Assembly (NCBI GenBank): GCA_020853795.1
Contig: JADYYF010000136.1
Span: 5,705 to 69,704, forward strand
DNA length: 64,000 bases
Direction of reading: 5' to 3'
Source of the DNA: Candidatus Zixiibacteriota bacterium
GTDB taxonomy: Bacteria; Zixibacteria; MSB-5A5; CAIYYT01
Shown here piece by piece: positions 39,047-49,760 of this stretch (its first letter is position 1; each line of letters opens with the position of its first letter). The notes beneath the pieces are model-generated. The model saw only the letters and a program-made list of their open reading frames with translations, ran no database searches and was not told the origin of the DNA. The position numbers were made by a program, and so were the translations under genes.

Positions 39047-42000
39047 TCAGCCGGATTTGCGAAAACTGATGTTTTCCCGTCCGACGAGCTGCTCGAGCGC
39101 TTCCATCATGGGTGCTTCCGGCATGATCTTCAGGCGCTTGGGCGTGAGGGTGAAGAGCTGTTCGCCAGACATTAGAAAGATCTGGACCTTAACAGGACCC
39201 GGGTACTTTGTGAAAATTAAGTTTATGTCATTTAATAACTTATCGTTCGCATTCCCATTCACGAACAGTTCCAGCACTGCGGGGCGCTGGTTAAACAGCC
39301 CTTCGAGATTGACAATTTCGGAGGCGATCAGTTTGGGCTTTTCGTTTTCGCGAGTTGAGACGCGGCCGCGGCAAAGGAGGCGCGCATCAACATGAACCAG
39401 TTGTCTCGATTTTTCAAATAGATCGGCAAAAGCGATCACTTCGATAACCCCGAAGAAGTCCTCGAGGGTGATGAAGGCCATCTGCCGTCCCTGTTTGTCG
39501 TAGTTGATTTTGAGCGCCTGGACGATGCCGCCGAGCGAGACATCGCCGCCATCGGCCTTGTCGCCGATTTCATCGGAGTTGACCGTGGCGAAGGCAGTCA
39601 GTTCGACGCGGTAGTTTTCGAGGGGATGGCCGCTGACGTAGAAGCCAAGCGCCTCCTTCTCCTTCTGCAGCAGGGTGGCGCGATTCCATTCATCCAGACG
39701 CGGCAGCAAGGGTTCCTGAATGGTGGTGTCGTTGATGCCGCTGCCGAAGAGGTCGGACTGATTGATGGCCTCTTTGCGCTGGATCGACTGGCCGAAGCTG
39801 AGGGCCTGTTCAACGGCCTCGAATTTCTGCGCCCGCGATCCGGCGAGCGAATCGAGGGCACCGGCGGTGATCAGCGATTCGATGGTGCGCCGGTTGAGGG
39901 CGGTCAGTTCGACGCGCGCGCAGAGGTCGAAGATGGTGGTGAATTTGCCGCCTTCGGCGCGCGCCTTGAGGATGGCCTCGACGGCTCCCTGGCCGACGTT
40001 TTTGACGGCGGTGAGCGCGAAACGGACTTTGTCGGCAACGACGTTGAAGGCGAGTTCCGACTCGTTGACATCGGGGGGCAGCACCTGGATGCCCATGCGG
40101 CGGCACTCTTCCATCAGGACGATGATGCGTTCGGTGGAGTCCATTTCGGAGGTCATGCCGGCGGCCATGAATTCATGCGGGAAGTGCGTTTTCAGATAGG
40201 CCGTCTGGTAAGCCAAGAGGGCGTAGCCGACCGAATGAGATTTGTTGAAACCGTAACCGGCGAATTTCTCGATCAAGTCGAAGACTTTTTCGGCGGTGGG
40301 TTTGTCGATGCCGCGTTGCTGCGAGCCGGCGGTGAATTCCTCTTTTTGGGCACGCATCAATTCGGCGTTCTTTTTGCCCATGGCTTTGCGCAGGATATCG
40401 GCTTTGCCGAGCGAGTAGCCGGCCATCTCAGAAGCGATCTTGATTGCCTGTTCCTGGAAGACGATGACGCCGTAGGTGTCTTTGAGGATCGACTCGAGCA
40501 GCGGGTGCTCGTATTCGACTTTTTCGCGGCCGTGTTTGCGGTCGATGTAGAGATCGACGACACCGCCTTTGAGCGGACCCGGGCGGTAGAGGGCGTTCAT
40601 GGCGGCGAGGTCGTTGAGGTTCTCCGGCTTGAGTTTGCGGAGGTAGTCGCGCATGCCGGAGGATTCAAACTGGAAGATGCCGATCGTGTGGCCGGCACCA
40701 AAAAGCTTATAGACCTGCGCATCATCGAGCGGAATTGAGTCGATATCGATGTCGATATCGCGGTTACGTTTCACCAAAGTGAGCGTGTCATCGATTACCG
40801 TCAAGGTGCGCAGGCCAAGGAAGTCCATCTTCAACAGGCCGATTTCTTCGACGGCCTTCATGTCCCACTGGGTAGTGATTTCGTCCTTGCTGCCCTTGTG
40901 GAGCGGGACGTAGTCGGTCAAGCGCGAGGGCGCGATCACGACGCCGGCGGCGTGGGTCGAGGCGTGGCGCGTCAGGCCTTCCAGGACCTTGGAGTGCTCC
41001 AGCAATTTGGCGATGCGAGCGTCGGCGTTAGCCAGTTCAGTCAGTTGCGGTTCCAAGTTCAGCGCTTTTTCGATCGTCATGTCGAGCGCGAACGGGATCA
41101 GCTTGGCGATCTTGTCGACTTCGCCGTAAGGGATTCCAAGCGTGCGGCCAACGTCGCGCACAACGCCGCGGGCGGCCATGGTGCCGAAGGTGATGATCTG
41201 GCCGACGTTTTCCTGGCCGTACTTGTCGATAACGTACTTGATGATCTTGTCGCGGCCGCGGTCGGAGAAGTCGATGTCGATATCAGGCATGCTGATGCGT
41301 TCGGGATTGAGGAAGCGCTCGAAGAGCAGATCGTACTTGACCGGATCGATATTGGTGATGCCGAGAACGTAGGAGACGATTGAGCCGGCGGCAGAGCCGC
41401 GGCCGGGGCCGACCGAGACGCCGAGTTCCCGCGCTTTGCGGGTGAAGTCCTGCACGATCAGGAAGTAGCCGGCGTAGCCCATCTGTTTGATGACGCCGAG
41501 TTCGTACTCGAGGCGAGCGCGCAGTTGCGGGGTGATTTCCGCGTAGCGTTTGGCCAGACCGGCTTCCGCCAGCTCGGTCAGATACTCATCGGCGCTCTGG
41601 TGTTCTTGCGGCAGCGGGAAGGCGGGCAGGTGATTCTTGCCGAGTTCGATTTCGACGTTGCATTCCTCGGCGATCTTGAGGGTGTTCTCAATGGCGTTGG
41701 GATACTTGCCAAAGCGCTCTTTCATTTCATCGACCGATTTGACGTAGAGCTGGTCGGTGGTATAGCGCATGCGGTCGTTGTCGTTGAGCTGCTTGCCGGT
41801 CTGGATACAGAGGAGCACGTCGTGGGCGTCGGCGTGTTCGCGCTGGAGGTAGTGGCAGTCGTTGGTAGCGACGAGCTGGAAGCCGCTTTCCTTGGCCAGT
41901 TTGAGCAGGAACGGGCGGACGCGGTCTTCATCGGCGATGGTATGGTCCTGGACTTCGATATAGAAGTTCTCTTTGCCGAAGATGTCGGCGAATTCGAAGG

Positions 42001-42484
42001 CGGCGCGTTTGGCTTCCTCGTGGTTGTTGTTGCGCAGATGGAAAGAGACTTCGCCCTGCAGGCAGGCCGAGGTACAGATCAGGCCGTCGGCGTGCTTGCG
42101 CAACGCCTCCTTGTCGACGCGCGGCCGATGGTAGAACCCTTCGAGGTAACCGATGGTCGAGAGTTGGATCAGGTTCTGGTAACCGGTGTTATTTTTGGCG
42201 AGCAGGAGCAGATGATTGCCGCCATCGGGGTAGCCGGCGACAGGTTGTTTGAATTCGCGCGAGCGCGGCGCGACGTACATTTCGCAGCCGATGATCGGCT
42301 TGATTTTGGCGGCTTTGGCTTTCTTATAGAATTCGATCGCGCCGAACAGATTGCCGTGGTCGGTGATGGCCAGGGCGTGAAAGCCCATGGTTGCGGCCAG
42401 TTTGACGAACTCGTCGATGCGGCAGGCGCCGTCGAGGAGCGAGTACTGGGTGTGGTTATGAAGATGAACAAATTCCGCTGTCAT
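39047..42484 (-). CDS. dnaE: DNA polymerase III alpha subunit
   Basis: MTAEFVHLHNHTQYSLLDGA is the PHP-domain start. The 1145-aa ORF is DnaE-like along its whole length. Confidence 0.95.
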   Translation of the reverse strand: MTAEFVHLHNHTQYSLLDGACRIDEFVKLAATMGFHALAITDHGNLFGAIEFYKKAKAAKIKPIIGCEMYVAPRSREFKQPVAGYPDGGNHLLLLAKNNTGYQNLIQLSTIGYLEGFYHRPRVDKEALRKHADGLICTSACLQGEVSFHLRNNNHEEAKRAAFEFADIFGKENFYIEVQDHTIADEDRVRPFLLKLAKESGFQLVATNDCHYLQREHADAHDVLLCIQTGKQLNDNDRMRYTTDQLYVKSVDEMKERFGKYPNAIENTLKIAEECNVEIELGKNHLPAFPLPQEHQSADEYLTELAEAGLAKRYAEITPQLRARLEYELGVIKQMGYAGYFLIVQDFTRKARELGVSVGPGRGSAAGSIVSYVLGITNIDPVKYDLLFERFLNPERISMPDIDIDFSDRGRDKIIKYVIDKYGQENVGQIITFGTMAARGVVRDVGRTLGIPYGEVDKIAKLIPFALDMTIEKALNLEPQLTELANADARIAKLLEHSKVLEGLTRHASTHAAGVVIAPSRLTDYVPLHKGSKDEITTQWDMKAVEEIGLLKMDFLGLRTLTVIDDTLTLVKRNRDIDIDIDSIPLDDAQVYKLFGAGHTIGIFQFESSGMRDYLRKLKPENLNDLAAMNALYRPGPLKGGVVDLYIDRKHGREKVEYEHPLLESILKDTYGVIVFQEQAIKIASEMAGYSLGKADILRKAMGKKNAELMRAQKEEFTAGSQQRGIDKPTAEKVFDLIEKFAGYGFNKSHSVGYALLAYQTAYLKTHFPHEFMAAGMTSEMDSTERIIVLMEECRRMGIQVLPPDVNESELAFNVVADKVRFALTAVKNVGQGAVEAILKARAEGGKFTTIFDLCARVELTALNRRTIESLITAGALDSLAGSRAQKFEAVEQALSFGQSIQRKEAINQSDLFGSGINDTTIQEPLLPRLDEWNRATLLQKEKEALGFYVSGHPLENYRVELTAFATVNSDEIGDKADGGDVSLGGIVQALKINYDKQGRQMAFITLEDFFGVIEVIAFADLFEKSRQLVHVDARLLCRGRVSTRENEKPKLIASEIVNLEGLFNQRPAVLELFVNGNANDKLLNDINLIFTKYPGPVKVQIFLMSGEQLFTLTPKRLKIMPEAPMMEALEQLVGRENISFRKSG

Positions 42485-42506
42485 GGCTCAATGTCTCGCG
42501 CTGCGA

Positions 42507-43199
42507 TCAGTATCCCAAAGGTTCGTACGCCGGTCGCCGCCGGAGGAGTTTGAAGTAAAGCCAGCCGAAGGCGAAGCCGCCGACGTGGGCGAACCAAGCG
42601 ACGCCACCGCCGCCTTCGCTGAGCAGACCCGGCAGACCGTAGAGGATCTGCAGGCCGAACCAGATGATCAACAATACCCCGGCCGGAATGCGCACGACCT
42701 GGACGAAAAAGCCAAGAAAGATGACGGTATGCACGCGCGCTTTTGGATACAGAACCATATAGGCGCCGAGCACGCCGGCGATGGCACCGGAGGCGCCGAT
42801 GAGCGGGACCTCCGAGTTGGGATCGAGGACGGTGTGCAGGCCGACGGCCGCGATACCGGAGAGCAGGTAGAAGACGATGAAGTGCAACTTGCCGAGATTG
42901 TCCTCGACGTTGTTACCGAAGATCCAAAGGTAGAGCATGTTGCCGGCGAGGTGCATGAAGCCGCCGTGCATGAACATGCTGGTGATGACGGTGACGCCGT
43001 AGGGTACGGCCAGTTGCGGATAGACCTGGGTGAAGTGGGTGTATTCGATCGGGATGTACGCCCACTTGTAGACCAGGGCTTGCACAGCCGGCTCATCGAG
43101 AGTCAACTGGTAGATGTAGACCAGCACATTGACCGCGATGAACAGCACCGTGATCAGCGGAAACGAGCGGGTCGGGACTTCGTCGCGCAGTGGGAACAT
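42507..43199 (-). CDS. rhomboid-family intramembrane serine protease
   Basis: GASGAIAGVLGAY with the catalytic Ser and a downstream His; 6-7 TM helices; 230 aa. Confidence 0.8.
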   Translation of the reverse strand: MFPLRDEVPTRSFPLITVLFIAVNVLVYIYQLTLDEPAVQALVYKWAYIPIEYTHFTQVYPQLAVPYGVTVITSMFMHGGFMHLAGNMLYLWIFGNNVEDNLGKLHFIVFYLLSGIAAVGLHTVLDPNSEVPLIGASGAIAGVLGAYMVLYPKARVHTVIFLGFFVQVVRIPAGVLLIIWFGLQILYGLPGLLSEGGGGVAWFAHVGGFAFGWLYFKLLRRRPAYEPLGY

Positions 43200-43248
43200 T
43201 TAGATCAATATACGCAGCGGCTGCCTCGATGACAAGGACGCCTCCGGT

Positions 43249-45288
43249 CTACTTTTTCTTGCGGCTGCCGTAGGTAAATTCGCAGACATAGCGGGCGACA
43301 TTGCCCTGCTTGTCGGCGGCTTTGATCTCCAGCTTGTGTTTGCCTCTGGTCAGATTGAAGTGCGGCTCGGCCATGACCGTGCCGGACTCGTAGTCATAGA
43401 CCGGGATGACCCAGCGGCCGTCGATGTAGACGTCAATCTTGTCGCGGATACCGGAGAGGTCGTCGCTGATCGCGAAGGTGACGGCAGGTTTGGCGGTCGT
43501 GACAATGGCATTGGCGGCCGGGCGAACACGCCGGAAGGTCGGCGGGAGAGTATCCTGCTGCACGGTTATGGCCGCCAGCGTGTTGGCCTGCACGGAAATC
43601 ACATTCCCTTTGGTCTCGCCACCGAGGTAGTAGCGCTTGTTCCCTTCCACTGAATAGAGCCCGGCGCCGCGAGGAATCGGGCCGCCCAGGTCGAATTCGT
43701 AAGTGACGGGCTTGATCAGCGGTACGACGTCGGGAGCGGGTTTGTAGACGGCAAACTTGCCGTTGGATTCGCGATCGAGGCGAAAGTAGAGATTGGGATC
43801 GAGCGGGAAGAAGGCGTCCGAGTATGGCGCGAATTTGACGACGAAAGCGCCGTCGCGGCTCTTCAGTGTGCCGGCGGAAGAGGCGTCGGTAAAGATGCGG
43901 CCGCAGTTGACTGGGACGTTGGCGAAGTCGGTAACGCCGGAGGATTTGACGGCGATTGTGAGCGAGTCGCCGGCGATCAAGGCGCCGGTTGCGGCCAGCG
44001 AGTCGATGGCGCCGATCCAGAAGCGGCCGGCGATGTTGGTGAGAATAGCGGGTTGACTTGCCGATTCCAGTGCCGACGAAGAGTTCGCAGTGACGGATTC
44101 GACGCGGGAGTCAGGAGTCTGAACCAGCAGGAACAGCCGATTGCCGGCGGGGATCATTGCGGCGCCGAGCTTGCCCTTGGGGACATCGCCATACTTCTGG
44201 AGAAGCTTGGCCAGCTTGAGAGTATCCGGTCGGGGACGGAAGCCCTTGGCGTCCGACGCATGCGCGTCGTAGAAGGACACGGTGGCGCGGGCGGAGTTGC
44301 CGGCGGCATCGCGGGCAACGATTTCCAGCGGCGCGATTTGATCGCCGAACCAAGCGCAGATGCCGGATGCGGTTTGCGGCAGTTTGAGCGGGACGAGGTT
44401 GTAGAATTCCTGATTGCCGAGGACCGACTGGTCGAAGTTGCGCTGCGCGTCGATCAGATAGTTGTCCTCGAAAGCGACGCGGTCATACTTGAGCCGGTAG
44501 AATTCGCGGCCCGACGCACGCGCTTCGATTTCATAGACCGGCTTGTTCCAGGTGCTGATACCGACACGGTCGACGGCTTCGACGGCCAGCCAATAATCGT
44601 CGAGTCCGCACGGCAGCGGTGTGTTGACCGTATATTCGGCAGTACCGGGCGACTTGCGGAACTTGTATTCGAGCGTCCAGCCCAGTGCAGCGGCCAAGTC
44701 GTCGTTGCCGAAACCAATCAAGCGCAAGGAGCGAAATTCGGGCGGGGAGTTGTCGGCGACGTTCAAGCCAGGCAAGGTCAGCGGGTTGAGCGGCACGTTA
44801 CCCGACGTGCGCACCTCGAAATGCAGATGAGGCGCGCCGACGCCGGTCGATCCCGAGTACGCGATGGTGTCACCCTGGCGGACGTCAAACTTCCCTGCCG
44901 TCAGCTCGATATCCTGGTTGTAGGTTTCGCTCGCGATCTGTTTTTGGCGGACGAATTCTTCGATGACGGGAGTGAAGCGGCTGAGGTGCGCAAACACCGC
45001 GGAATTGCCGTCTTTCATAGTCAGATGGAGCGCTTTGCCGTAGCCAAAGTAGGAGGTGCGGATGCGGCTGATGTAGCCGGCCATCGGCGCGACCACGACC
45101 TTGCCGATTTCGCCGTTGGTGCGCATGTCGATGCCGAGGTGGTAGCGGCGGGTGCGGGAGTCGCCGAAGATGGAGGTAAGCTCCTTGCCAAACGGCAGGG
45201 GCCAGAGATACGGCTCGGCGGGCGCGGCGAAAGCGATAGCGGCCATCATGATCGCGAGCGCGGCCGTTCGAATTGCTGAAATATTCAT
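43249..45288 (-). CDS. M23-family metallopeptidase (large, multidomain, secreted)
   Basis: HLGIDM and GAPHLHFEVR match the M23 HxxxD and HxH motifs. Signal peptide present. 679 aa. Confidence 0.75.
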   Translation of the reverse strand: MNISAIRTAALAIMMAAIAFAAPAEPYLWPLPFGKELTSIFGDSRTRRYHLGIDMRTNGEIGKVVVAPMAGYISRIRTSYFGYGKALHLTMKDGNSAVFAHLSRFTPVIEEFVRQKQIASETYNQDIELTAGKFDVRQGDTIAYSGSTGVGAPHLHFEVRTSGNVPLNPLTLPGLNVADNSPPEFRSLRLIGFGNDDLAAALGWTLEYKFRKSPGTAEYTVNTPLPCGLDDYWLAVEAVDRVGISTWNKPVYEIEARASGREFYRLKYDRVAFEDNYLIDAQRNFDQSVLGNQEFYNLVPLKLPQTASGICAWFGDQIAPLEIVARDAAGNSARATVSFYDAHASDAKGFRPRPDTLKLAKLLQKYGDVPKGKLGAAMIPAGNRLFLLVQTPDSRVESVTANSSSALESASQPAILTNIAGRFWIGAIDSLAATGALIAGDSLTIAVKSSGVTDFANVPVNCGRIFTDASSAGTLKSRDGAFVVKFAPYSDAFFPLDPNLYFRLDRESNGKFAVYKPAPDVVPLIKPVTYEFDLGGPIPRGAGLYSVEGNKRYYLGGETKGNVISVQANTLAAITVQQDTLPPTFRRVRPAANAIVTTAKPAVTFAISDDLSGIRDKIDVYIDGRWVIPVYDYESGTVMAEPHFNLTRGKHKLEIKAADKQGNVARYVCEFTYGSRKKK

Positions 45289-45328
45289 GGTCTGAATCCC
45301 GGAATTCCTGTCTGGCGCGGCGACGCGG

Positions 45329-46366
45329 TTAGAACAATTCGAGGTTTTGCCCGATCGCCGGACGCGGTTGGGTCAGGTCGATGGTTCGCGGCGGCGCCTG
45401 ATCGCTGCGGAAACCCTTGTGCAGATATTCGGCATCGTAGCCCATTTCCCGCAGAATTTGCGCGAACTTGGGTTCGCCGTGGAGGGTGTAGATCTTGCAC
45501 GGTTTGCATTTTTCGATGTAGGCGACTAACTGGGTAAAATCCGCATGGTCGGACAAGGGCACGCCGAAATCGGTGCCGAAATTCGCACGACCGCGTCCGC
45601 CCTGCGACCAGCCGCTCAGGAAAAGAGAGCGTTTGCGCGGCAGTGCTTTGAATTTCTCATCGCGCAGGGTATGGGGGCTGACGACAACCACCTTGCCGGC
45701 GAGCGAGGTGTGGAGGTAGTGATCGGTCGCGGCGAGCGTCAGTCCGGCTTTGCGGTAGAGATGATTGATTTCATTGACCGATTTGTCACAGGCGACAGCG
45801 TAGCCTTGCTGCTGCATGAGCAGGATCGCCTCCTGCGACTTCCCCATCGCGTAGCCGACCAGCACGGGCGTGTAGCCGTCGGCGAAGGCGCGTTTGACAA
45901 AGGCGACGATCCGGCTATAGACTTCGTTCTGCGGCGGGAAAGAGTAGACGGGGTCGCCGTAGGTTGACTCCATGATCAGGATGTCGCACTCGCGGGCTTC
46001 CATGGTGGGACAAGTCAGATTGGGATAAACCTTGAAGTCGCCGGTGTAGACGATGCGAGTGCCTTTGACTTCGACCAAGATTTGCGCGGCGCCGAGCATA
46101 TGGCCGGAGGGAAACAGCTCGACGGATGCGGCGCCGAATTTGACTTTGCGCTTCAGCGGCAGCGCGCGCACCGGCACTTGCGGATAGCGGGCGCTGTACA
46201 TCAGGGCCGTTTCCGCGGTGGCGAGCACGCGCTTGTGCTTGCGCGCATGATCGGAGTGGCCGTGCGAGACAAACGCCAAGTCGGACATCTTGTGCGGGTC
46301 GAGGGCGAACTCGAGGCCGTCGATCTCGATGCCGTTTTCGTACTTGATCAGGGGCAAAGGTGACAA
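45329..46366 (-). CDS. MBL-fold / beta-CASP-like metallo-hydrolase (possibly nucleic-acid processing)
   Basis: VSHGHSDH motif, Asp/His motifs further downstream, and a C-terminal HGEP motif; 345 aa. Confidence 0.55.
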   Translation of the reverse strand: MSPLPLIKYENGIEIDGLEFALDPHKMSDLAFVSHGHSDHARKHKRVLATAETALMYSARYPQVPVRALPLKRKVKFGAASVELFPSGHMLGAAQILVEVKGTRIVYTGDFKVYPNLTCPTMEARECDILIMESTYGDPVYSFPPQNEVYSRIVAFVKRAFADGYTPVLVGYAMGKSQEAILLMQQQGYAVACDKSVNEINHLYRKAGLTLAATDHYLHTSLAGKVVVVSPHTLRDEKFKALPRKRSLFLSGWSQGGRGRANFGTDFGVPLSDHADFTQLVAYIEKCKPCKIYTLHGEPKFAQILREMGYDAEYLHKGFRSDQAPPRTIDLTQPRPAIGQNLELF

Positions 46367-46380
46367 GGGTGATTGTTCCT

Positions 46381-46863
46381 TTACAGCTTGTAGCCGATCG
46401 TCCGCAGGAAGGCGTGGCGTTTTTGTTTGGCGACGTCGTCTTCGATGCCGAGCGGCGGTTCGCCGTCGACGACGCCGAGAATTGCGCCGCCCTGTGCGGT
46501 GCGCGCGATGACGGCCTCGACGGGATTGGCGGTGGCGCAGAAGACGGTCACCACCTCGTACACGTTCTTCAAACTTTGCAGCACATTGACCGGGTAGCCG
46601 TCACGCATGAAGATGAGGAAACAGTGGCCACAGGCGAAGCGCTTGACGTTGTCGGCCGCGGCCTGGGCGAGGCCGGGGTCGTTGCCGGAGTAGCGCACCA
46701 GCCGGTCACCGGAGGCTTCGCTGAAGGCCAGGCCGAATTTCACACCCGGCACGGAGTTGACCATCATTTCGTGCAGGTCTTCCACGGACTTGATAAAGTG
46801 CGTCATGCCGAAAATCAGATTGCAGCCTTCCGGCATTTCGATTTTGACCGCTTCCAGGTTCAT
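46381..46863 (-). CDS. small conserved protein resembling the adenosine-specific kinase (PF04008-like) family
   Basis: ~160 aa from MNLEAVKIEMPEGCNLIFGMTHF. The family call is from memory. The start overlaps the upstream stop. Confidence 0.35.
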   Translation of the reverse strand: MNLEAVKIEMPEGCNLIFGMTHFIKSVEDLHEMMVNSVPGVKFGLAFSEASGDRLVRYSGNDPGLAQAAADNVKRFACGHCFLIFMRDGYPVNVLQSLKNVYEVVTVFCATANPVEAVIARTAQGGAILGVVDGEPPLGIEDDVAKQKRHAFLRTIGYKL

Positions 46864-47738
46864 CGGCTTTCCTCCTCTCCCCGGTACCAATAACGCCGGG
46901 CGAATACCGACTCGTCAATCGCATCGTCGCAGCGATAGTCGGAAAACTCTTCGATCACGCCAAAACGTCCCTTAAAAAACAGGAATCCCGCTTTGCCTTT
47001 CATCTCGAAGCGACTGGGAAGATAAACGATCGCCCCGGCCAGGAGCTGCTTGGCATAGTCCATCTCGAAATGCAAGGTATCGACGAAGCTCGGCATTTTC
47101 GACGGCGCAAAGACGGTGCGCAGGATGCCGGCGCTGTTGGCCTCGATCCAGTAGGTGGCATTCAGGCGGCGCTCATCGGGCGTTTTCGGCCGGGCCTGGA
47201 TGACGTAGACGGTCGCCAGTTTCTGGACGGTTTGATCGAAAATGTCGCCGTCGCGGACGCCGGCCACGGCGGCGGAGTCGTGAGCGACGGCGGAATCGCG
47301 GGTTTCGATCAGGAAGTAGTTGTACTGCGGGCGGCCGTCGCGGCTCAAGGGATCGATGAAGTTCTCACGCGAGGCCTTTTTCCTTTTCTCGGGGTCTTTC
47401 TGCCCTTTCTCCCACTCTTCGTTCTTATTGCGCGCCTGTTTTGCGATTTCTTCCGCAGCCAGCGGTTTGCCGTCCTTGTTCAATGCGAGTATTTGCTCGG
47501 AGATACGTTTGCCGGAGTGGTAACAGAGCTTGGTCATGGTGGTGATTTCGTCCGGCTGCATATTCTTGTCGTACTTGATTGACTGGGTGAGGGCGCGGTT
47601 GGAGTATTTGGCGCAGAGAGAATCCTGACGCTCGATGGCGGCGATCGCGCGGTCGACGATGTCGTCGACGGGAGGAGCGGCGAAGGTTGGCAGCGTCAGC
47701 GCCAAGAGGTAGAGCGCCAGATATCGGAATGGCTTCAA
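46860..47738 (-). CDS. hypothetical secreted protein
   Basis: Signal peptide MKPFRYLALYLLALTLPTFA; 292 aa; no family recognised. Confidence 0.5.
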   Translation of the reverse strand: MKPFRYLALYLLALTLPTFAAPPVDDIVDRAIAAIERQDSLCAKYSNRALTQSIKYDKNMQPDEITTMTKLCYHSGKRISEQILALNKDGKPLAAEEIAKQARNKNEEWEKGQKDPEKRKKASRENFIDPLSRDGRPQYNYFLIETRDSAVAHDSAAVAGVRDGDIFDQTVQKLATVYVIQARPKTPDERRLNATYWIEANSAGILRTVFAPSKMPSFVDTLHFEMDYAKQLLAGAIVYLPSRFEMKGKAGFLFFKGRFGVIEEFSDYRCDDAIDESVFARRYWYRGEEESR

Positions 47739-47747
47739 TGATACTCC

Positions 47748-49709
47748 TTAGTACGGAATTTCCCGCACTTCGACGACCTGATCGCCGGGCTGGATTGAGA
47801 GCACGATGTCCATGCCGGCCAGCACCTGGCCGAAGACCGTGTAACGGCCGTCGAGATGCGGCTGGGGCGACTGACAGATGAAGTACTGGCTGCCGCCGGT
47901 GTCCTTGCCAGAGGTCGCCATGCCGAGCGTACCGGCCAGGAACGGCAGCGCGTTGTATTCGCAGCGAATCGCGTAGCCCGGCCCGCCCCAGCCGTCGCCG
48001 CGCGGGCAGCCGTCCTGGATAACGAAGTCGGGCACCACACGGTGCCAAGTTTTGCGATTGTAGAATCCGGCCGCCGCCAGCTTCAGAAAGTTGTACACCG
48101 TTTTGGGCGCGACATCGGGATATAATTCCAGCAGAATTGTGCCGCGCGAGGTTTCGATCTCGACGTGCGGTCGCGACTTGGCCGGGTGATAGATTTCATC
48201 ATAGTTGCGCGCAGTGATGACACTGACGAAGTGATCGCGAGTCTCCGGAACCGGCAGCCCAAGCTGAGCGGCCAGATCGCGGCCGGCGCGGCGGATAAAG
48301 AAGTTCTCAGACTGCATCGCCGAATTTGCGACTTCGCTGAGCGACGGGCCCGCCATCGAGGAGTCAGCCAGTTGGATCAGCGTCCCCAGGATTGACTCGC
48401 TGACATCGTCGGAGAGCGAATTGAAATACCGCTCCGTGAGGCGCGGCAAATATTGAGTGAGCGAATCGGCGACGATCTTTTCGCCGACAATGGTGATGGG
48501 GATGAGGTCGGAGTCGCTGAGCGCCAGTTCGAGACTGCTGCGGGTGAAAGCCGAATCACCGAGGGCGAAGATCTGTTCGAGCGCTTCGCCGCGCACGAGC
48601 GGGATTTCGTCGTGCAGGAGGCGGAGGAGAATGGCGCGGGCGCCCTCTTCGCGTAGCAGGCCGCAGGCCTGAGCGGCGGCCTGGCGGCGAGCCGCGATCA
48701 TCGAATAGGAGAAGTCCGTCACGGTTCCGCGTGCCACCGCGGCGTTGAGGCGGACCAAGGCCAGCAGCGCTTCGGCGGCGATTGCCGGATTGTTGCTTTG
48801 CGCCGCCTCGTTGAGAAAATCACCGGCACCGGGGCTGCCGATACAGCGAAGCGCCGCGACCAGGACGTAGGGATTATCGATCCAGGCGAAATTGCCAAGG
48901 AAGTGATCGGTGGTGGCATTCATGCCGAGGCGTGCGGCGGCATCGATCATGTGATACTGGGTGCGCCATTCTTCCCCGATCGCCGAGCCGACGAGCAATC
49001 CGGCGAAAGCGGAGTCGGCGTTACGCGCCATCGCGTCGGCGGCATAGATTCTGATGTTTTCGTTGGGATCAGCCAGACCCTCCCGCCACAACGGAGCGAG
49101 ACCTTCGGTACGTCGCCGCGAAAGGGCGTAGAAGGCGGCTTCCCGCAATTCGCGCGGTTGATCCTTGGCGGCCAATTTCGCCAGCAGGTCGGCGGAGGAT
49201 TGGTCACGCAGGCGGAACAGCGACCTGGCGGCCGCGGCGCGCAGTTCCAGAGCGCGGGTGGTGTCAGCGGCGATGGTGCATAAGCGCGTCGACGCCTCGT
49301 CGGTACCCATCTTGCTGATGGCATCAACGCATAGCACCGCGGTTGCAGAAGAGCCTTTGGACATCTGCACCAGGACGTCTTTGAGCAGAGTGGGAGAAGC
49401 GAGTTGTCCGGCCGCGAAGACAGCCTCAGCGCGGACGCGGGTATTGTTGTCCCAGAGCAAAGTCTGCAGCGCGGGGATACCGGCGGTGTCGCCAACGATG
49501 CCGATGACGTAGGCTGTGCGCCGGCGCAGAAGGGTGTCGGGGTCCTCCGACCAGACGGTGAGGGACTCGGGATCGAGCAGGCGTTCATCTTCGGCAATTG
49601 CCAATGCCAAAAGCCGCGCGCGGTTGTCGGCGAGGAGCGCTGCGGCAGAAAGCAGCCAAGCAACGGCGGCAAGAAAGACCAAGCGGCGCATACACAGAGA
49701 GTAACGCAC
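47748..49709 (-). CDS. HEAT-repeat protein fused to a C-terminal cyclophilin-type peptidyl-prolyl isomerase domain
   Basis: The C-terminal ~160 aa (KTWHRVVPDFVIQDGCPRGDGWGGPGY...SGKDTGGSQYFIC...GRYTVFGQV) is a cyclophilin domain. The N-terminal ~480 aa is made of Ala/Leu-rich HEAT-like repeats. Signal peptide present. Confidence 0.7.
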   Translation of the reverse strand: MRYSLCMRRLVFLAAVAWLLSAAALLADNRARLLALAIAEDERLLDPESLTVWSEDPDTLLRRRTAYVIGIVGDTAGIPALQTLLWDNNTRVRAEAVFAAGQLASPTLLKDVLVQMSKGSSATAVLCVDAISKMGTDEASTRLCTIAADTTRALELRAAAARSLFRLRDQSSADLLAKLAAKDQPRELREAAFYALSRRRTEGLAPLWREGLADPNENIRIYAADAMARNADSAFAGLLVGSAIGEEWRTQYHMIDAAARLGMNATTDHFLGNFAWIDNPYVLVAALRCIGSPGAGDFLNEAAQSNNPAIAAEALLALVRLNAAVARGTVTDFSYSMIAARRQAAAQACGLLREEGARAILLRLLHDEIPLVRGEALEQIFALGDSAFTRSSLELALSDSDLIPITIVGEKIVADSLTQYLPRLTERYFNSLSDDVSESILGTLIQLADSSMAGPSLSEVANSAMQSENFFIRRAGRDLAAQLGLPVPETRDHFVSVITARNYDEIYHPAKSRPHVEIETSRGTILLELYPDVAPKTVYNFLKLAAAGFYNRKTWHRVVPDFVIQDGCPRGDGWGGPGYAIRCEYNALPFLAGTLGMATSGKDTGGSQYFICQSPQPHLDGRYTVFGQVLAGMDIVLSIQPGDQVVEVREIPY

Positions 49710-49760
49710 TGCGACACGTTAGACAAGATCGATTTTGGGCAGGAAAAAAGCGGGGCACCG

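Noticed and set aside
39626-40738. 370-aa plus-strand ORF, and other plus-strand ORFs inside 39047-42484
   Set aside because: They are antisense to dnaE, which is unambiguous along its full length.
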